Source: Candidatus Anaerotignum merdipullorum
Lineage (GTDB): Bacteria > Bacillota > Clostridia > Lachnospirales > Anaerotignaceae
DNA: 64,000 nt
Direction: 5' to 3'
Assembly: GCA_019115165.1 (NCBI GenBank)
Contig: DXEB01000011.1
Coordinates: 655-64,654, forward strand
Below are positions 42,349 through 51,714 of the stretch, one piece after another. The position numbers and the translations under genes are program-made. The notes beneath the pieces are model-generated. The model searched no databases, was not told where the DNA came from, and worked only from the letters and a program-made list of their open reading frames with translations. Numbering within the stretch: the stretch's first letter is position 1; the number at the start of each line of letters is the position of its first letter.

Positions 42349-43110
42349 TTATGAATGTTGGGAGACGGAAGTTGTACTTGTCCGTGAGACAGGCGGCAAA
42401 AGACTTTTCAGATAGGCTTTATCCTCTGGGGAAATCCTGCGGGATTCACAAGCCTTTTGTACGAATTTCCGAAATGTCCATGCTTCCGGCGGACAGGCTT
42501 GCAGATAGGCGGCTGTCTGATCCCGGAATTTTGCCCATGCGGTTGCAAACAGCCATGCTTGTGCCATACGAACATAATAAAAATCCGATTGTACGGCGCC
42601 AGTGCGTTGCAGTACCTCTGTAATGGTGTCTTCCTGCAGATACTGGGTGAGCATGATGATGAGTCCAACCCGCAGTGCCCAAGGATTTTTGGAAGAGAGA
42701 TAGGACAAAATATGGTCAAAATAATGGGCTTTGTTTTCCGGTATGGATAGTACTTGACGCAGGGAAGAACAAAAGGTATCACAGGTGCCCCAGTTTTCCG
42801 TCAGCACTTCTGCCATATGGTCGCTGTGAGGCAGGAATTCGAAATAGGGTAAGGTTGCAGATACAAATCCATATAATAGGCGTTCCTCATGAAATGTGGT
42901 GCCGCAGACAGAAAGAAAACCTCGGCTGTCGCCTTTGCCGATTTCTTTTGCCAGTTTACGCAGCTGCGGCAGACGAATGCCCAATACAGGCAGATCGGAT
43001 ACTAGGAGTTTTTGGTGAAACGCCTGATAGTCGGGGTCTGCTTGTTCGCTTAGTTGTTGTAAAAAAGCAGCATATTGGGTTGGTTGCCATTGTATATGCT
43101 GAAGTTCCAT
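42349..43110 (-). CDS. DNA alkylation repair enzyme (AlkD-like HEAT repeat)
   Basis: VLGIRLPQLRKLAKEI, NWGTCD, YYVRMAQAW; GGAGG RBS. Confidence 0.85.
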   Translation of the reverse strand: MELQHIQWQPTQYAAFLQQLSEQADPDYQAFHQKLLVSDLPVLGIRLPQLRKLAKEIGKGDSRGFLSVCGTTFHEERLLYGFVSATLPYFEFLPHSDHMAEVLTENWGTCDTFCSSLRQVLSIPENKAHYFDHILSYLSSKNPWALRVGLIIMLTQYLQEDTITEVLQRTGAVQSDFYYVRMAQAWLFATAWAKFRDQTAAYLQACPPEAWTFRKFVQKACESRRISPEDKAYLKSLLPPVSRTSTTSVSQHS

Positions 43111-43151
43111 AAAAAAACCTCCTTTTCTTTTCAGCATATCATAAATCAGAC

Positions 43152-43365
43152 AAAAAAAGAAGACGGCAGTTGTTGGGGGAAATGCCGTCTTCTTTCGTAG
43201 GTATGTTACTGTCGGAGACGAAAAAAGGTTCGGAGGCACTTTTTTCGTTCGGAGAGACAATAACATGAAGAGATGAAAAGTTTTGTATCAGGCGCAAGCC
43301 ATCAAAGGGGAAGATGGATGCGCCGAAACAATCGTTTCTGTATACAAAAACATTGCAATTTGTAT
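43152..43365 (-). ncRNA. Candidate structured non-coding RNA (three hairpins with C-rich loops, U7 terminator)
   Basis: Stems at 43291-43324, 43203-43266 and 43156-43195; no upstream minus-strand gene to explain the terminator; 5' end approximate. Confidence 0.45.
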
Positions 43366-43371
43366 ACAAAT
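43339..43371. promoter_or_regulatory. Tandem TGTATACA palindromes (GntR-type operator)
   Basis: TGTATACA at 43339 and 43361 (22 bp apart); the second lies within perfect 14-bp ATTTGTATACAAAT. Confidence 0.6.
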
Positions 43372-43509
43372 ATTATGATGCATGATTTTGAAAGAAAAGT
43401 CAATGGGAAAATAGAAAAATTAAAGTTTGAAAAATTTTTCAGCGAAAGGTTGTACAAAGGGACAAGATTTGATACCATAAAGAAAAGAGTGGATGGGGAG
43501 CGAAGCGGC

Positions 43510-43884
43510 ATGAAAACAAGAGAGTCGATGGAAAACTATCTGGAAACCATACTGATTTTGGAGAAAAGCTGTAATTATGTCCGTGCAATTGATATTGCGA
43601 CAGAGTTGGGATTCAGCAAGCCCAGCGTCAGCAATGCAATGAAAAAACTGCGCGCAGAAGGCTATATCACGGTGGAGGAAAATCGGATACTGCTGACAGA
43701 TGCGGGCAGAGCGGTCGCAGAAGCGATTTATGAACGGCATTGTGTCATTGCCGATTCTCTGATGCGGATTGGCGTGTCCAGAAAAACAGCATTGGAAGAT
43801 GCCTGCCGGATGGAACATATCATCAGTGAAGAAACATTCGACTGTATGAAGCGTCATCATCAGGCAAGTCTGGATAAAAAATAG
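43510..43884 (+). CDS. DtxR/MntR family metal-dependent regulator
   Basis: SMENYLETI, VRAIDIA, SKPSVS, YERH, DACRMEH. Confidence 0.92.
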   Translation: MKTRESMENYLETILILEKSCNYVRAIDIATELGFSKPSVSNAMKKLRAEGYITVEENRILLTDAGRAVAEAIYERHCVIADSLMRIGVSRKTALEDACRMEHIISEETFDCMKRHHQASLDKK

Positions 43885-43890
43885 AATGAG

Positions 43891-43928
43891 AAAAAGCCTT
43901 CGGTTGATCAAAAACGGAAGGCTTTTTT
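43891..43928. terminator. Bidirectional terminator
   Basis: aaaaagccttc / gaaggcttttt. Confidence 0.75.
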
Positions 43929-44028
43929 GCGTATTAAATGGATATTTGCCCGGCGTTGTTAGCAGATAGGAAAGATTACATTGTTTCTGCCCACTGCGGA
44001 ATACAGAGGAGCCCTTTATCCATAGTAC

Positions 44029-45504
44029 TTATTGAAAATAGGAATATCCGTACAGTTTTCCTGCGGCAGGGGTTTCTCCGTGCCGCAGAGAGATCAGTTC
44101 GGATACGGTAACCAACTGATATCCTTGCTGCAATAACTCTGGAACCAATTGTTCCGTTGCTTCTGCTGTTGCATCATAAATGCCGTGCATTAAGATTACT
44201 TTGCCATCCAAGTTGCCTTCGGCTCGAATGGATTGCAGAATGCTGTCGGCATTCCGGGTTTTCCAATCCATGGTGTCCACCGACCAAGTGACGATTGGCA
44301 GTGGTATCGTTGCCTGCACGGTGGCGTTGGTATTGCCATAGGGTGGGCGGAAAGCGGTAGGCTGAACGCCTGCTTTGGCAAAGGCTTCCGCTGTCTTTTG
44401 TACATCTTCCCGGATTTGGGCGGCAGTCAACTGGCAAAAGTCCTTATGGTCGTAAGAATGGCTGGCAACCTCGCAGCCCAGTGCAGCTTCTCGCGCAACC
44501 ACTTCTGGATATTGTGCAACGCGGTAGCCGACATCATAAAAGGTGGCGACAACGGCATATTCTTCCAAAACATCCAGGATCGCATTGGTTGCGGTCGGGC
44601 TGGGACCGTCGTCGTAGGTCAGCGCAACCATTGGTTTGTCCGCTGAAAGGACGCGGGTGCTCGTTTCGGATGCGTTTTCTTCCGATACAGGTCCATTGGG
44701 TTCTTCCGGCGCTGCTGATTCGGCAGATGTTTCTTGGGGCAGTGCAGGCACCTCATCGGTCAAAAAGGAGCCGGCAAAAACATCTCTGGATAGTTCCAAA
44801 CGCAGCGCGCCATAAGAGCCAGGAAGCAGTTCATATTTGTCAAAATAAAAAATCACAGCGTCATCTGTCAGTGCAAAGGTGTCAAATCGCCCATTCTCTG
44901 GCGCAAGCAATGTGCGATAGTCTCCAAATAATACCCGACCATAGACAGGATCCTCTGTCAGATCTAAGATAACGGCGTCGGCAGCTTTTTGCCGATAGGA
45001 ATCCCGAAAAATGTCGGAGGAAGATAATACTGCGCCGCTTTCCCAGTCAAACAGATAGGTATGCCAGTTGGAAAAGGTGATGGACGAACCTTCTGTGACG
45101 CGGGTTTCCTGAAAAGAAATGCTGCAAATATTCTCCGTTCGGTAAGACTCATAGGAAAGATACAAGACGCTATTGGGTATCCGCTCCGAGGGGTCAGCGG
45201 GATGGGTTTGCTGAGCAAAGCTGTTGCAGATCTGCCGAACTGCATGACGGATGCTTTCATCTAGCGCTGCGTGATCGGTTTGCGGATATTGCAGCGCGTA
45301 AGCAGCCGGTTCGCCGTAGAGAATCTTCTGTACAGGGGTACCGAGGGTTTGTCGATCTGCAAATGGCTGGCAATATGTATTGGCGTCTGTCGTTAACGCG
45401 TTGATTTTGCTCTGGGTGCTGGCTGCTTGGGCGATCGTGGAAAATCCAAGCAGCAGGATTAGTGTGCAGATGGTGCAGCATATAAACCAGTGTCTTTTTT
45501 TCAC
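44029..45504 (-). CDS. Secreted polysaccharide/peptidoglycan deacetylase (CE4) with DUF3298-like domain
   Basis: Signal peptide; ALTYDDGP, HSYDH, RPPYG, DTMDW, ILMH. Confidence 0.9.
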   Translation of the reverse strand: MKKRHWFICCTICTLILLLGFSTIAQAASTQSKINALTTDANTYCQPFADRQTLGTPVQKILYGEPAAYALQYPQTDHAALDESIRHAVRQICNSFAQQTHPADPSERIPNSVLYLSYESYRTENICSISFQETRVTEGSSITFSNWHTYLFDWESGAVLSSSDIFRDSYRQKAADAVILDLTEDPVYGRVLFGDYRTLLAPENGRFDTFALTDDAVIFYFDKYELLPGSYGALRLELSRDVFAGSFLTDEVPALPQETSAESAAPEEPNGPVSEENASETSTRVLSADKPMVALTYDDGPSPTATNAILDVLEEYAVVATFYDVGYRVAQYPEVVAREAALGCEVASHSYDHKDFCQLTAAQIREDVQKTAEAFAKAGVQPTAFRPPYGNTNATVQATIPLPIVTWSVDTMDWKTRNADSILQSIRAEGNLDGKVILMHGIYDATAEATEQLVPELLQQGYQLVTVSELISLRHGETPAAGKLYGYSYFQ

Positions 45505-45516
45505 AGAATTCCTCCT

Positions 45517-46287
45517 TCAAGCGCGGTAATCCGGATGCAGATAGCGTCCTTTGTTTGCAGTGCTTCTGCCGTATTGAATGGCTTCCTGCGGGCAATGCTG
45601 CAAACAGGACATGCACATATGGCAGCGTTCCTCTTCCCAAAAAGGGACGCCTGCTGTCATGGTAATACAGCCGGCAGTGCAGACTTTGGCGCAGATGCCG
45701 CAGCCAATACAGTCCACGGTGGGATAGAATTTTTTGGTCTTTGTCGCAAAGCGGCGGAACAGCGGATTGATCAGGTTGCTGAGCAGTGCACTGCCTTTTC
45801 CTTTTTTGACGCGGAAGAAATCCCGTCGTTCCAGTTTGACAGCGCGCAAAATCAGAGAAAGCGTTTCGTCTGCTTGTTGGAGCAGCTGTGCCTGCTGTGC
45901 CTCGGACGGTGCGCGGAAAAGCACTGCATAATTATCCGGCATAATGACAGAATATCCACTGTCTAATGTAAGACCATTTTCCCGCAGCGCGGCTTCCAAT
46001 ATCGCCATGGTTTCCCCGGCGGACTGACCACAGGTACAGACGGCATAGGTATACAGTTCGCCTTCATAATACAGCTCCAGCTGGCGGATGAATTGTTCCA
46101 CCACAAGCGGTGGCGCCCAAGCGTGTACCGGAAAGATAAATCCCAGCTTTTCTCCTTTCTGTAAAGTATAAGAAAAGGACTGTTCTCTTTGGGCTTTCGC
46201 CAAATCAACCATGCGATCTCCCAAACCTTCTGCCATGACTTTAGCGGCGTGATAAGAATTTCCGGAACCGGAAAAATAAAAAATCAT
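45517..46287 (-). CDS. Flavodoxin-like/ferredoxin fusion (EFR1 family)
   Basis: IFYFSGSGNS, MPDNY, CIGCGICAKVC and CHMCMSCLQHCP. Confidence 0.88.
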   Translation of the reverse strand: MIFYFSGSGNSYHAAKVMAEGLGDRMVDLAKAQREQSFSYTLQKGEKLGFIFPVHAWAPPLVVEQFIRQLELYYEGELYTYAVCTCGQSAGETMAILEAALRENGLTLDSGYSVIMPDNYAVLFRAPSEAQQAQLLQQADETLSLILRAVKLERRDFFRVKKGKGSALLSNLINPLFRRFATKTKKFYPTVDCIGCGICAKVCTAGCITMTAGVPFWEEERCHMCMSCLQHCPQEAIQYGRSTANKGRYLHPDYRA

Positions 46288-46409
46288 TGCAAAAACCTCC
46301 CCGAATGCATTTTATTTTCCTTTAGATATATCATATCATACTTTCTTGCCGATAGTTTTGCATTTTTATTAAGGTTTTATCACTTTTTTATAAAGGAAGC
46401 GGTATATAG

Positions 46410-46443
46410 AAAAATGGAGCGTGATTTCAAACGCTCCATTTTT
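46410..46443 (-). terminator. Intrinsic terminator
   Basis: aaaaatggagcgt / acgctccattttt. Confidence 0.75.
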
Positions 46444-46467
46444 GCGGCAAATACGGATATATGCGGA

Positions 46468-47406
46468 TTACAGATGTTCCAAAACATCTGCGGAAACATA
46501 CAGGATACCATCTGTCAGGACGGGCGCAGCGGAAGCGATCATAGCCATATCCCCTTCTACCACGTAGGTGGTGCTGCCCAAGGTGATTTCGGAAACCAGA
46601 TTGTCTTTTTCCAGCAGAACCGGTGCTGTTTTGCCCTGCCAGGTTACGGTATAACCTTTTGCTTCCACGGCGTCACGCAGGGCAACCATGGAGTCTGCTT
46701 GTTGTGTGGTTACTTCTCTGGATACAGCATCGGGAGTGTCTGTTTCTTCAGGGACTATTTCTGTCCGTTCTTCCAATAGCAGTACCAAAGAAGGTGTAGT
46801 CTGTGCAGGAATGCTTCTGGTGGTTACATCGTAGAAGACAGCGGCATTTTTGCCTTTGATGTCATCGGCACTTAAGATACTTCTGGTGCCTAATGTAGTC
46901 AGGATATTGGTTTCTTCCGAGATGTTTAACTGCAGCAAGTCTGCTTGATTGAGCAGTTCGTCGTTAAAATATCCAACAGAAACTGCGCCCTGATCCGCGT
47001 TGGCAATGACTGCTGTTACACTTCCCAGATAGGGAGGCATGCTCATGCCCATAGGGCTGTTGATGCCGTAAATGACTGTAACGCTCATACCGTCTGTCAA
47101 AGTATCGGCTGTGACGATACTGCCGCTTTCCCTGTCTGCGATAACGGTGCCTGCGGCAACAACAAAGCGCAGCCCGCCGGTTTCATTCTCAATGGTAATG
47201 ACCTGATTGCCATCCTGTGATTCGGAAATTTCCGAGATGGTACCAGTGGTGGCGGTATAGGCGGAAGTGTTTTCTTCCGCTGTAGTTTCTGCCAGTACGG
47301 CAGAGGTTGTGGTTTCACCTTTCATTACATCTGCATAAACGGCTGTACCGCTCACTACAGTAAATGCCAGTGTCAATGCCATGATTTTGTTCCAATTCTG
47401 TTTCAT
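46468..47406 (-). CDS. Secreted protein with repeated domain and C-terminal copper-amine-oxidase-N-like segment
   Basis: Signal peptide ending VYA; SMPPY / TRSIPAQT repeats; VALRDAVEAKGYTVTW, APVLTDGILYV. Confidence 0.65.
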   Translation of the reverse strand: MKQNWNKIMALTLAFTVVSGTAVYADVMKGETTTSAVLAETTAEENTSAYTATTGTISEISESQDGNQVITIENETGGLRFVVAAGTVIADRESGSIVTADTLTDGMSVTVIYGINSPMGMSMPPYLGSVTAVIANADQGAVSVGYFNDELLNQADLLQLNISEETNILTTLGTRSILSADDIKGKNAAVFYDVTTRSIPAQTTPSLVLLLEERTEIVPEETDTPDAVSREVTTQQADSMVALRDAVEAKGYTVTWQGKTAPVLLEKDNLVSEITLGSTTYVVEGDMAMIASAAPVLTDGILYVSADVLEHL

Positions 47407-47480
47407 TGTCGATTCCTCCTAGTCGTTTTCTATATTTTTGATGCTTGAGATTTCTTGTTTTTGTTGTTGACAGTTACTAT

Positions 47481-47506
47481 GACGCAGGTGTTTTTCTAAA
47501 AGTTCC
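47481..47506 (-). promoter_or_regulatory. ECF-sigma-type promoter
   Basis: GGAACT-N16-CGTC on minus strand. Confidence 0.55.
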
Positions 47507-47689
47507 GCAAAAAATAAAAAAATTTGTAAATTCTTTTTTTGCTGCGGAACTACGCTGGAAAAGGCTGCAGATTTGGGGACGATGAGCAGGTTATTCATTT
47601 TTGTTTGTTGTTTGTAGGAAAAAAGGCATAGGACAGTAGGAAGTCGCCATATATATGAAAGCAGAAACTTCGGGAAAGGAATGGCAGGT

Positions 47690-48463
47690 ATGAAAGCGGT
47701 AATTTTGGCGGGAGGGTTTGGTACACGCATATCAGAGGAATCGCATTTGCGCCCTAAGCCGATGGTGGAAATTGGCGGCAGACCGATTTTATGGCACATC
47801 ATGAAGCTGTTTGGGGCTTACGGTATTACAGACTTTGTGATTTGCTGCGGGTACAAAGGGTACTGCATCAAGGAATATTTTTCCCATTATGGACTGTATC
47901 ACAGTGACGTGACGTTTGACTTTCGGAAAGAAGGGCGTGTGGAAATCCATCACAGCCAGACGGAACCTTGGCGGATTACGTTAGCGGATACGGGATATGC
48001 GACTATGACGGGCGGCAGGATCCGTAAAGTGGCGCCGTATTTAGAGGGAGAGCGGTTTTTTCTGACGTATGGAGATGGTGTGGCAGATGTGAATTTGGAG
48101 CAGTTATTGGCATATCATCAGGAAAAAGGGAAGAAAGCTACAATGACGGTGGTACAGCCAGAAGGGCGGTTCGGTGTAACAGAATTAGAAAACGGCTGTG
48201 TGAAACGGTTTCGGGAAAAGGCAAAAGAGGATGGCGGTTGGATCAACGGTGGATTTTTTGTGTTGGAACCGGATATTTTTCCTTATTTGGATGGAGCGGA
48301 CACAGTATGGGAACAGGAGCCGTTGGAGCGGTTGGCACAGGAGGGCGAGTTAGCGGCTTATGCACATCATGGCTTTTGGCAGTGTATGGATACGGTGCGG
48401 GACAGACAAAAATTGGAAGAACTTTGGAAAGTGGGTGCGCCATGGAAAGTATGGAGCGAATGA
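47690..48463 (+). CDS. rfbF: Glucose-1-phosphate cytidylyltransferase
   Basis: MKAVILAGGFGTRISEE, PKPMVEIG, TMTGGR, LTYGDG, GFWQCMDT. Confidence 0.95.
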   Translation: MKAVILAGGFGTRISEESHLRPKPMVEIGGRPILWHIMKLFGAYGITDFVICCGYKGYCIKEYFSHYGLYHSDVTFDFRKEGRVEIHHSQTEPWRITLADTGYATMTGGRIRKVAPYLEGERFFLTYGDGVADVNLEQLLAYHQEKGKKATMTVVQPEGRFGVTELENGCVKRFREKAKEDGGWINGGFFVLEPDIFPYLDGADTVWEQEPLERLAQEGELAAYAHHGFWQCMDTVRDRQKLEELWKVGAPWKVWSE

Positions 48464-49509
48464 AAGCGTTTTACCATGGAAAACGGGTGCTGGTGACCGG
48501 GCATACCGGATTCAAAGGGGCATGGCTGTGCCGCTGGCTGCTGGATATGGGGGCAAAAGTTTGGGGATATGCGCTGCCGCCGGAACCGGAACGGTTATAT
48601 GAACTATTGTCATGGGACGGATTGGTTTCCTGCCAAGCTGACCTGAGGGATGTCAACACACTGGCGGATGTTGTGCAGCAGGCAGCGCCGCAGATCGTGT
48701 TTCATTTGGCGGCACAGCCGCTGGTGGCAGAAGGGTACCAGCATCCAGTGGAAACATATGATATCAATGTCATGGGAACGGTACATCTGTTGGATTGTTT
48801 GCGGAAAACGGAAGCGCTGCGTTCTGTGGTTGTTGTGACGACGGACAAAGTATATGCCAATCAGGAACAGACGGCGGGATATGAAGAAACAGCGCCATTG
48901 GATGGGTATGATCCTTATGCTAACAGCAAATCCTGTCAGGAGTTGGTGGCAGGTTGTTGGGCAAGGTGCTTTTTTGCAAAACGGGCGGCACTCTCCACGC
49001 TGCGGGCAGGGAATGTCATTGGCGGCGGAGATTTTGCCAAGCATCGGATCCTGCCGGACTGCATTCGCGCTGCATTGGCAGGTACGCCGATTCTGCTGCG
49101 CCATCCCCATGGGATCAGACCCTATCAGCATGTACTGGAACCGTTGTCCGCTTATCTGTGGACAGCATGGAAACAGTGGGAAGAACCGACTTTGGCAGGA
49201 TGTTATAATGTCGCACCGCGAACGGACGGAATTGTAACCAATGGAGCTTTGGCGACTATCTTCTGCCGTTGTTGGGGAGATGACAGCAGATGGCAGGCGG
49301 AAGAGAGACCAGATTTCCCAAAGGAGACAGCAGTTTTGCGGCTCAATGGCGTACACATCTGCCAAAAGTTGGGGTGGTCACCACGCTGGAATGTGGAACG
49401 TGCGGTGGAAGAAACGGTGGCTTGGACGAAGATTTGGCAGCAGCAAGGTGATATCCTAGAGGAGATGCGGCGGGAAATTGCCGCGTATGAAAAGGGGGAA
49501 GAACAGTGA
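48451..49509 (+). CDS. rfbG: CDP-glucose 4,6-dehydratase
   Basis: TGHTGFKGAWL, HLAAQPLV, TTDKVY, YANSK, RAGNVIGGGD (start could be 48442 or 48460). Confidence 0.95.
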   Translation: MERMKAFYHGKRVLVTGHTGFKGAWLCRWLLDMGAKVWGYALPPEPERLYELLSWDGLVSCQADLRDVNTLADVVQQAAPQIVFHLAAQPLVAEGYQHPVETYDINVMGTVHLLDCLRKTEALRSVVVVTTDKVYANQEQTAGYEETAPLDGYDPYANSKSCQELVAGCWARCFFAKRAALSTLRAGNVIGGGDFAKHRILPDCIRAALAGTPILLRHPHGIRPYQHVLEPLSAYLWTAWKQWEEPTLAGCYNVAPRTDGIVTNGALATIFCRCWGDDSRWQAEERPDFPKETAVLRLNGVHICQKLGWSPRWNVERAVEETVAWTKIWQQQGDILEEMRREIAAYEKGEEQ

Positions 49510-50831
49510 CAGAAACGCAGGCACGGCGAGAGATCCTGGAGAAAGTACGGGAATACTACAGCTGCTTTCATGCAGGAAAGCGCTGGGACGGCAAACATGT
49601 TCCGTATGGCGGAAGGGTATACGATGAGAGGGAAATGATGTATCTGACGGAAGCTATGCTGGAATTTCGGTTGACTGCAGGGAGATTTGCAGAACAGTTG
49701 GAGCGAAAATTGGCGGCATATATCGGCGTGAGGCACTGCGCTTTGGTTTCGTCGGGGTCTTCTGCCAATTTGTTGGCATTTCATACGCTGACCTCTCCGT
49801 TGTTGGGTGACAGACGAATCTGTCGTGGAGATGAAGTGATTACCGTTGCGGCAGGATTTCCAACAACGGTTGCGCCCATCATACAGTATGGTGCCATTCC
49901 GGTATTTGTGGATATTACGGTGCCCCAGTATAATGTGGATACGAATGCACTGGAAGCGGCATATTCCTCGAAGACCAAAGCGGTGATGCTGGCGCATACA
50001 TTAGGGAATCCTTTTGATCTTTCTGCGGTATGCGCGTTTTGTCAAAAATACAATCTATGGCTGATTGAGGATAACTGTGATGCGATGGGAGCGGCATACT
50101 GCATGGACGGACAATGGAGAAAAACCGGAAGTTTTGGGCATTTGGCAACATCCAGCTTTTATCCGCCTCATCATATGACCATGGGTGAGGGCGGTGCAGT
50201 ATTTACGGATGACGATTTGCTGGCAAAGATTTTGGTCTCTTTGCGGGATTGGGGCAGGGACTGCACTTGTGCGCCGGGACAGGATAATCGTTGCAAACGC
50301 CGTTTTTTGCATGTCTATGAAGCGCTTCCTGCAGGATATGATCATAAGTATGTCTACGGACACCTCGGATTTAACTTAAAAGTCACGGATTTGCAGGCAG
50401 CAGTTGGGTTGGCACAATTGGAAAAACTGCCGGATTTTGTGAAAAAGCGTCGGTATCATTATGATATCCTGTTGGAAAAAATGCAGCCGTTGTCCGAACG
50501 CGTGATTTTGCCAGAGAGTTGTGAAAACGGGCTGAACAGTCCGTTTGGATTTTTGCTGACTTGCCAGGATGGGCTGGACAGAGAGAAAGTGGTGCATCGA
50601 CTGGAAGAAAACGGGATACAAACCAGACCGTTGTTTGCGGGAAATCTGCTGCGACATCCCTGTTTTGATGAGATGCGCCGCAGTCAAACAGGATATCGGG
50701 TAGCAGGAACACTGACACAGACGGATCGTGTGCTGCGGGATACCTTTTGGGTAGGCGTATATCCGGGGTTGACAGAAGAACAATTGGCGTATGAGGGGGA
50801 GACGCTGTATGCAGCAATACAGGAAAGCTGA
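49506..50831 (+). CDS. rfbH: CDP-4-keto-6-deoxyglucose 3-dehydrase (E1, DdhC)
   Basis: SFYPPHHMTMGEGG (His at the PLP-Lys position), EDNC and CTC-x7-C iron-sulfur ligands, YDHKY. Confidence 0.93.
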   Translation: MTETQARREILEKVREYYSCFHAGKRWDGKHVPYGGRVYDEREMMYLTEAMLEFRLTAGRFAEQLERKLAAYIGVRHCALVSSGSSANLLAFHTLTSPLLGDRRICRGDEVITVAAGFPTTVAPIIQYGAIPVFVDITVPQYNVDTNALEAAYSSKTKAVMLAHTLGNPFDLSAVCAFCQKYNLWLIEDNCDAMGAAYCMDGQWRKTGSFGHLATSSFYPPHHMTMGEGGAVFTDDDLLAKILVSLRDWGRDCTCAPGQDNRCKRRFLHVYEALPAGYDHKYVYGHLGFNLKVTDLQAAVGLAQLEKLPDFVKKRRYHYDILLEKMQPLSERVILPESCENGLNSPFGFLLTCQDGLDREKVVHRLEENGIQTRPLFAGNLLRHPCFDEMRRSQTGYRVAGTLTQTDRVLRDTFWVGVYPGLTEEQLAYEGETLYAAIQES

Positions 50832-51714
50832 GCGAGTGGTTGTGACGGGTGCCTGTGGATTTTTAGGGCAGGCGCTGATACGTGTGTTGTTGGAGCGGAA
50901 GCGGCAGGTAACGGCGGTGGATTTGTCGGAGAAAGAGCGGTTGTTGTCTGCACGCAGAGGATTGCGTTTTGTTGCAGCAGAGCGTCTCTTCGAACAGTCG
51001 TTGGAAGCAGATATTTGGTATCATCTGGCATGGGCGGGTTCTGCAGGAGAGGGAAGAAAAGATGGGGTGCTGCAGGCACAGAATATCCGGCAGACCGCAG
51101 AAGCGGTAGCGCAGGCGAGGCGGTGGGGATGTCATACGTTTGTCTTTGCAGGCAGTATCATGGAGGCAGAAATGGCTGCTCTTCAGGCAGCGGGAAAGGC
51201 GCTGCAGGGAACAGACTGTTATGCCTGTGCCAAGCGTTGTGCAGGCGAGATCAGTCGTTGTTTGGCGGCAGAAGCGGGTATGCGCCATATCACCGGACGA
51301 GTGACCAATGTCTATGGAGCGGGAGAGAGATCCCAGCGTTTGATCTGCCGTACGTTGGAACAGCTGGCACAGGGAGAAATGCCAGAATTTACCTCTGGTA
51401 CGCAGCTTTATGATTTTATTTATGTGACGGACGCCGCTCGTGCCTTTTTGGCGATGGGAGAACAGGGAAAGGACGGACAGACCTATGTGGTTGGCAGCGG
51501 AGAGCCAAAGCCGTTGCGAAAGTGGCTGGAACTTTTATTAGAAGAGGCAGGGGGCAAGGGCATCTTTGGCAAGGTCGCGTTTTCCGGCATTTCTCTGACA
51601 GAAGCGGATTATGATATCTCGGCACTGGTGGCAGACACAGGCTTTTGCTGTCGTGTGGATTTTCCTTCCGGCATCCGCCGTACGATGGCATGGCAGAAAG
51701 AGGGGCGGATATGA
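50809..51714 (+). CDS. NAD-dependent epimerase/4-ketoreductase (extended SDR)
   Basis: TGACGFLG, HLAWAG, YACAK, NVYG, YDFIYVTD. Confidence 0.85.
   Translation: MQQYRKAERVVVTGACGFLGQALIRVLLERKRQVTAVDLSEKERLLSARRGLRFVAAERLFEQSLEADIWYHLAWAGSAGEGRKDGVLQAQNIRQTAEAVAQARRWGCHTFVFAGSIMEAEMAALQAAGKALQGTDCYACAKRCAGEISRCLAAEAGMRHITGRVTNVYGAGERSQRLICRTLEQLAQGEMPEFTSGTQLYDFIYVTDAARAFLAMGEQGKDGQTYVVGSGEPKPLRKWLELLLEEAGGKGIFGKVAFSGISLTEADYDISALVADTGFCCRVDFPSGIRRTMAWQKEGRI

Noticed and set aside
43111-43266. 52-aa N-terminal extension of the AlkD-like ORF
   Set aside because: It runs through the hairpins and has no good RBS, while the ATG at 43110 has GGAGG.
47626-47656. Sigma-E promoter for the rfb operon (GCATAGG-N15-CATATATA)
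   Set aside because: It lacks the conserved final T of the -10 element; too weak to call.
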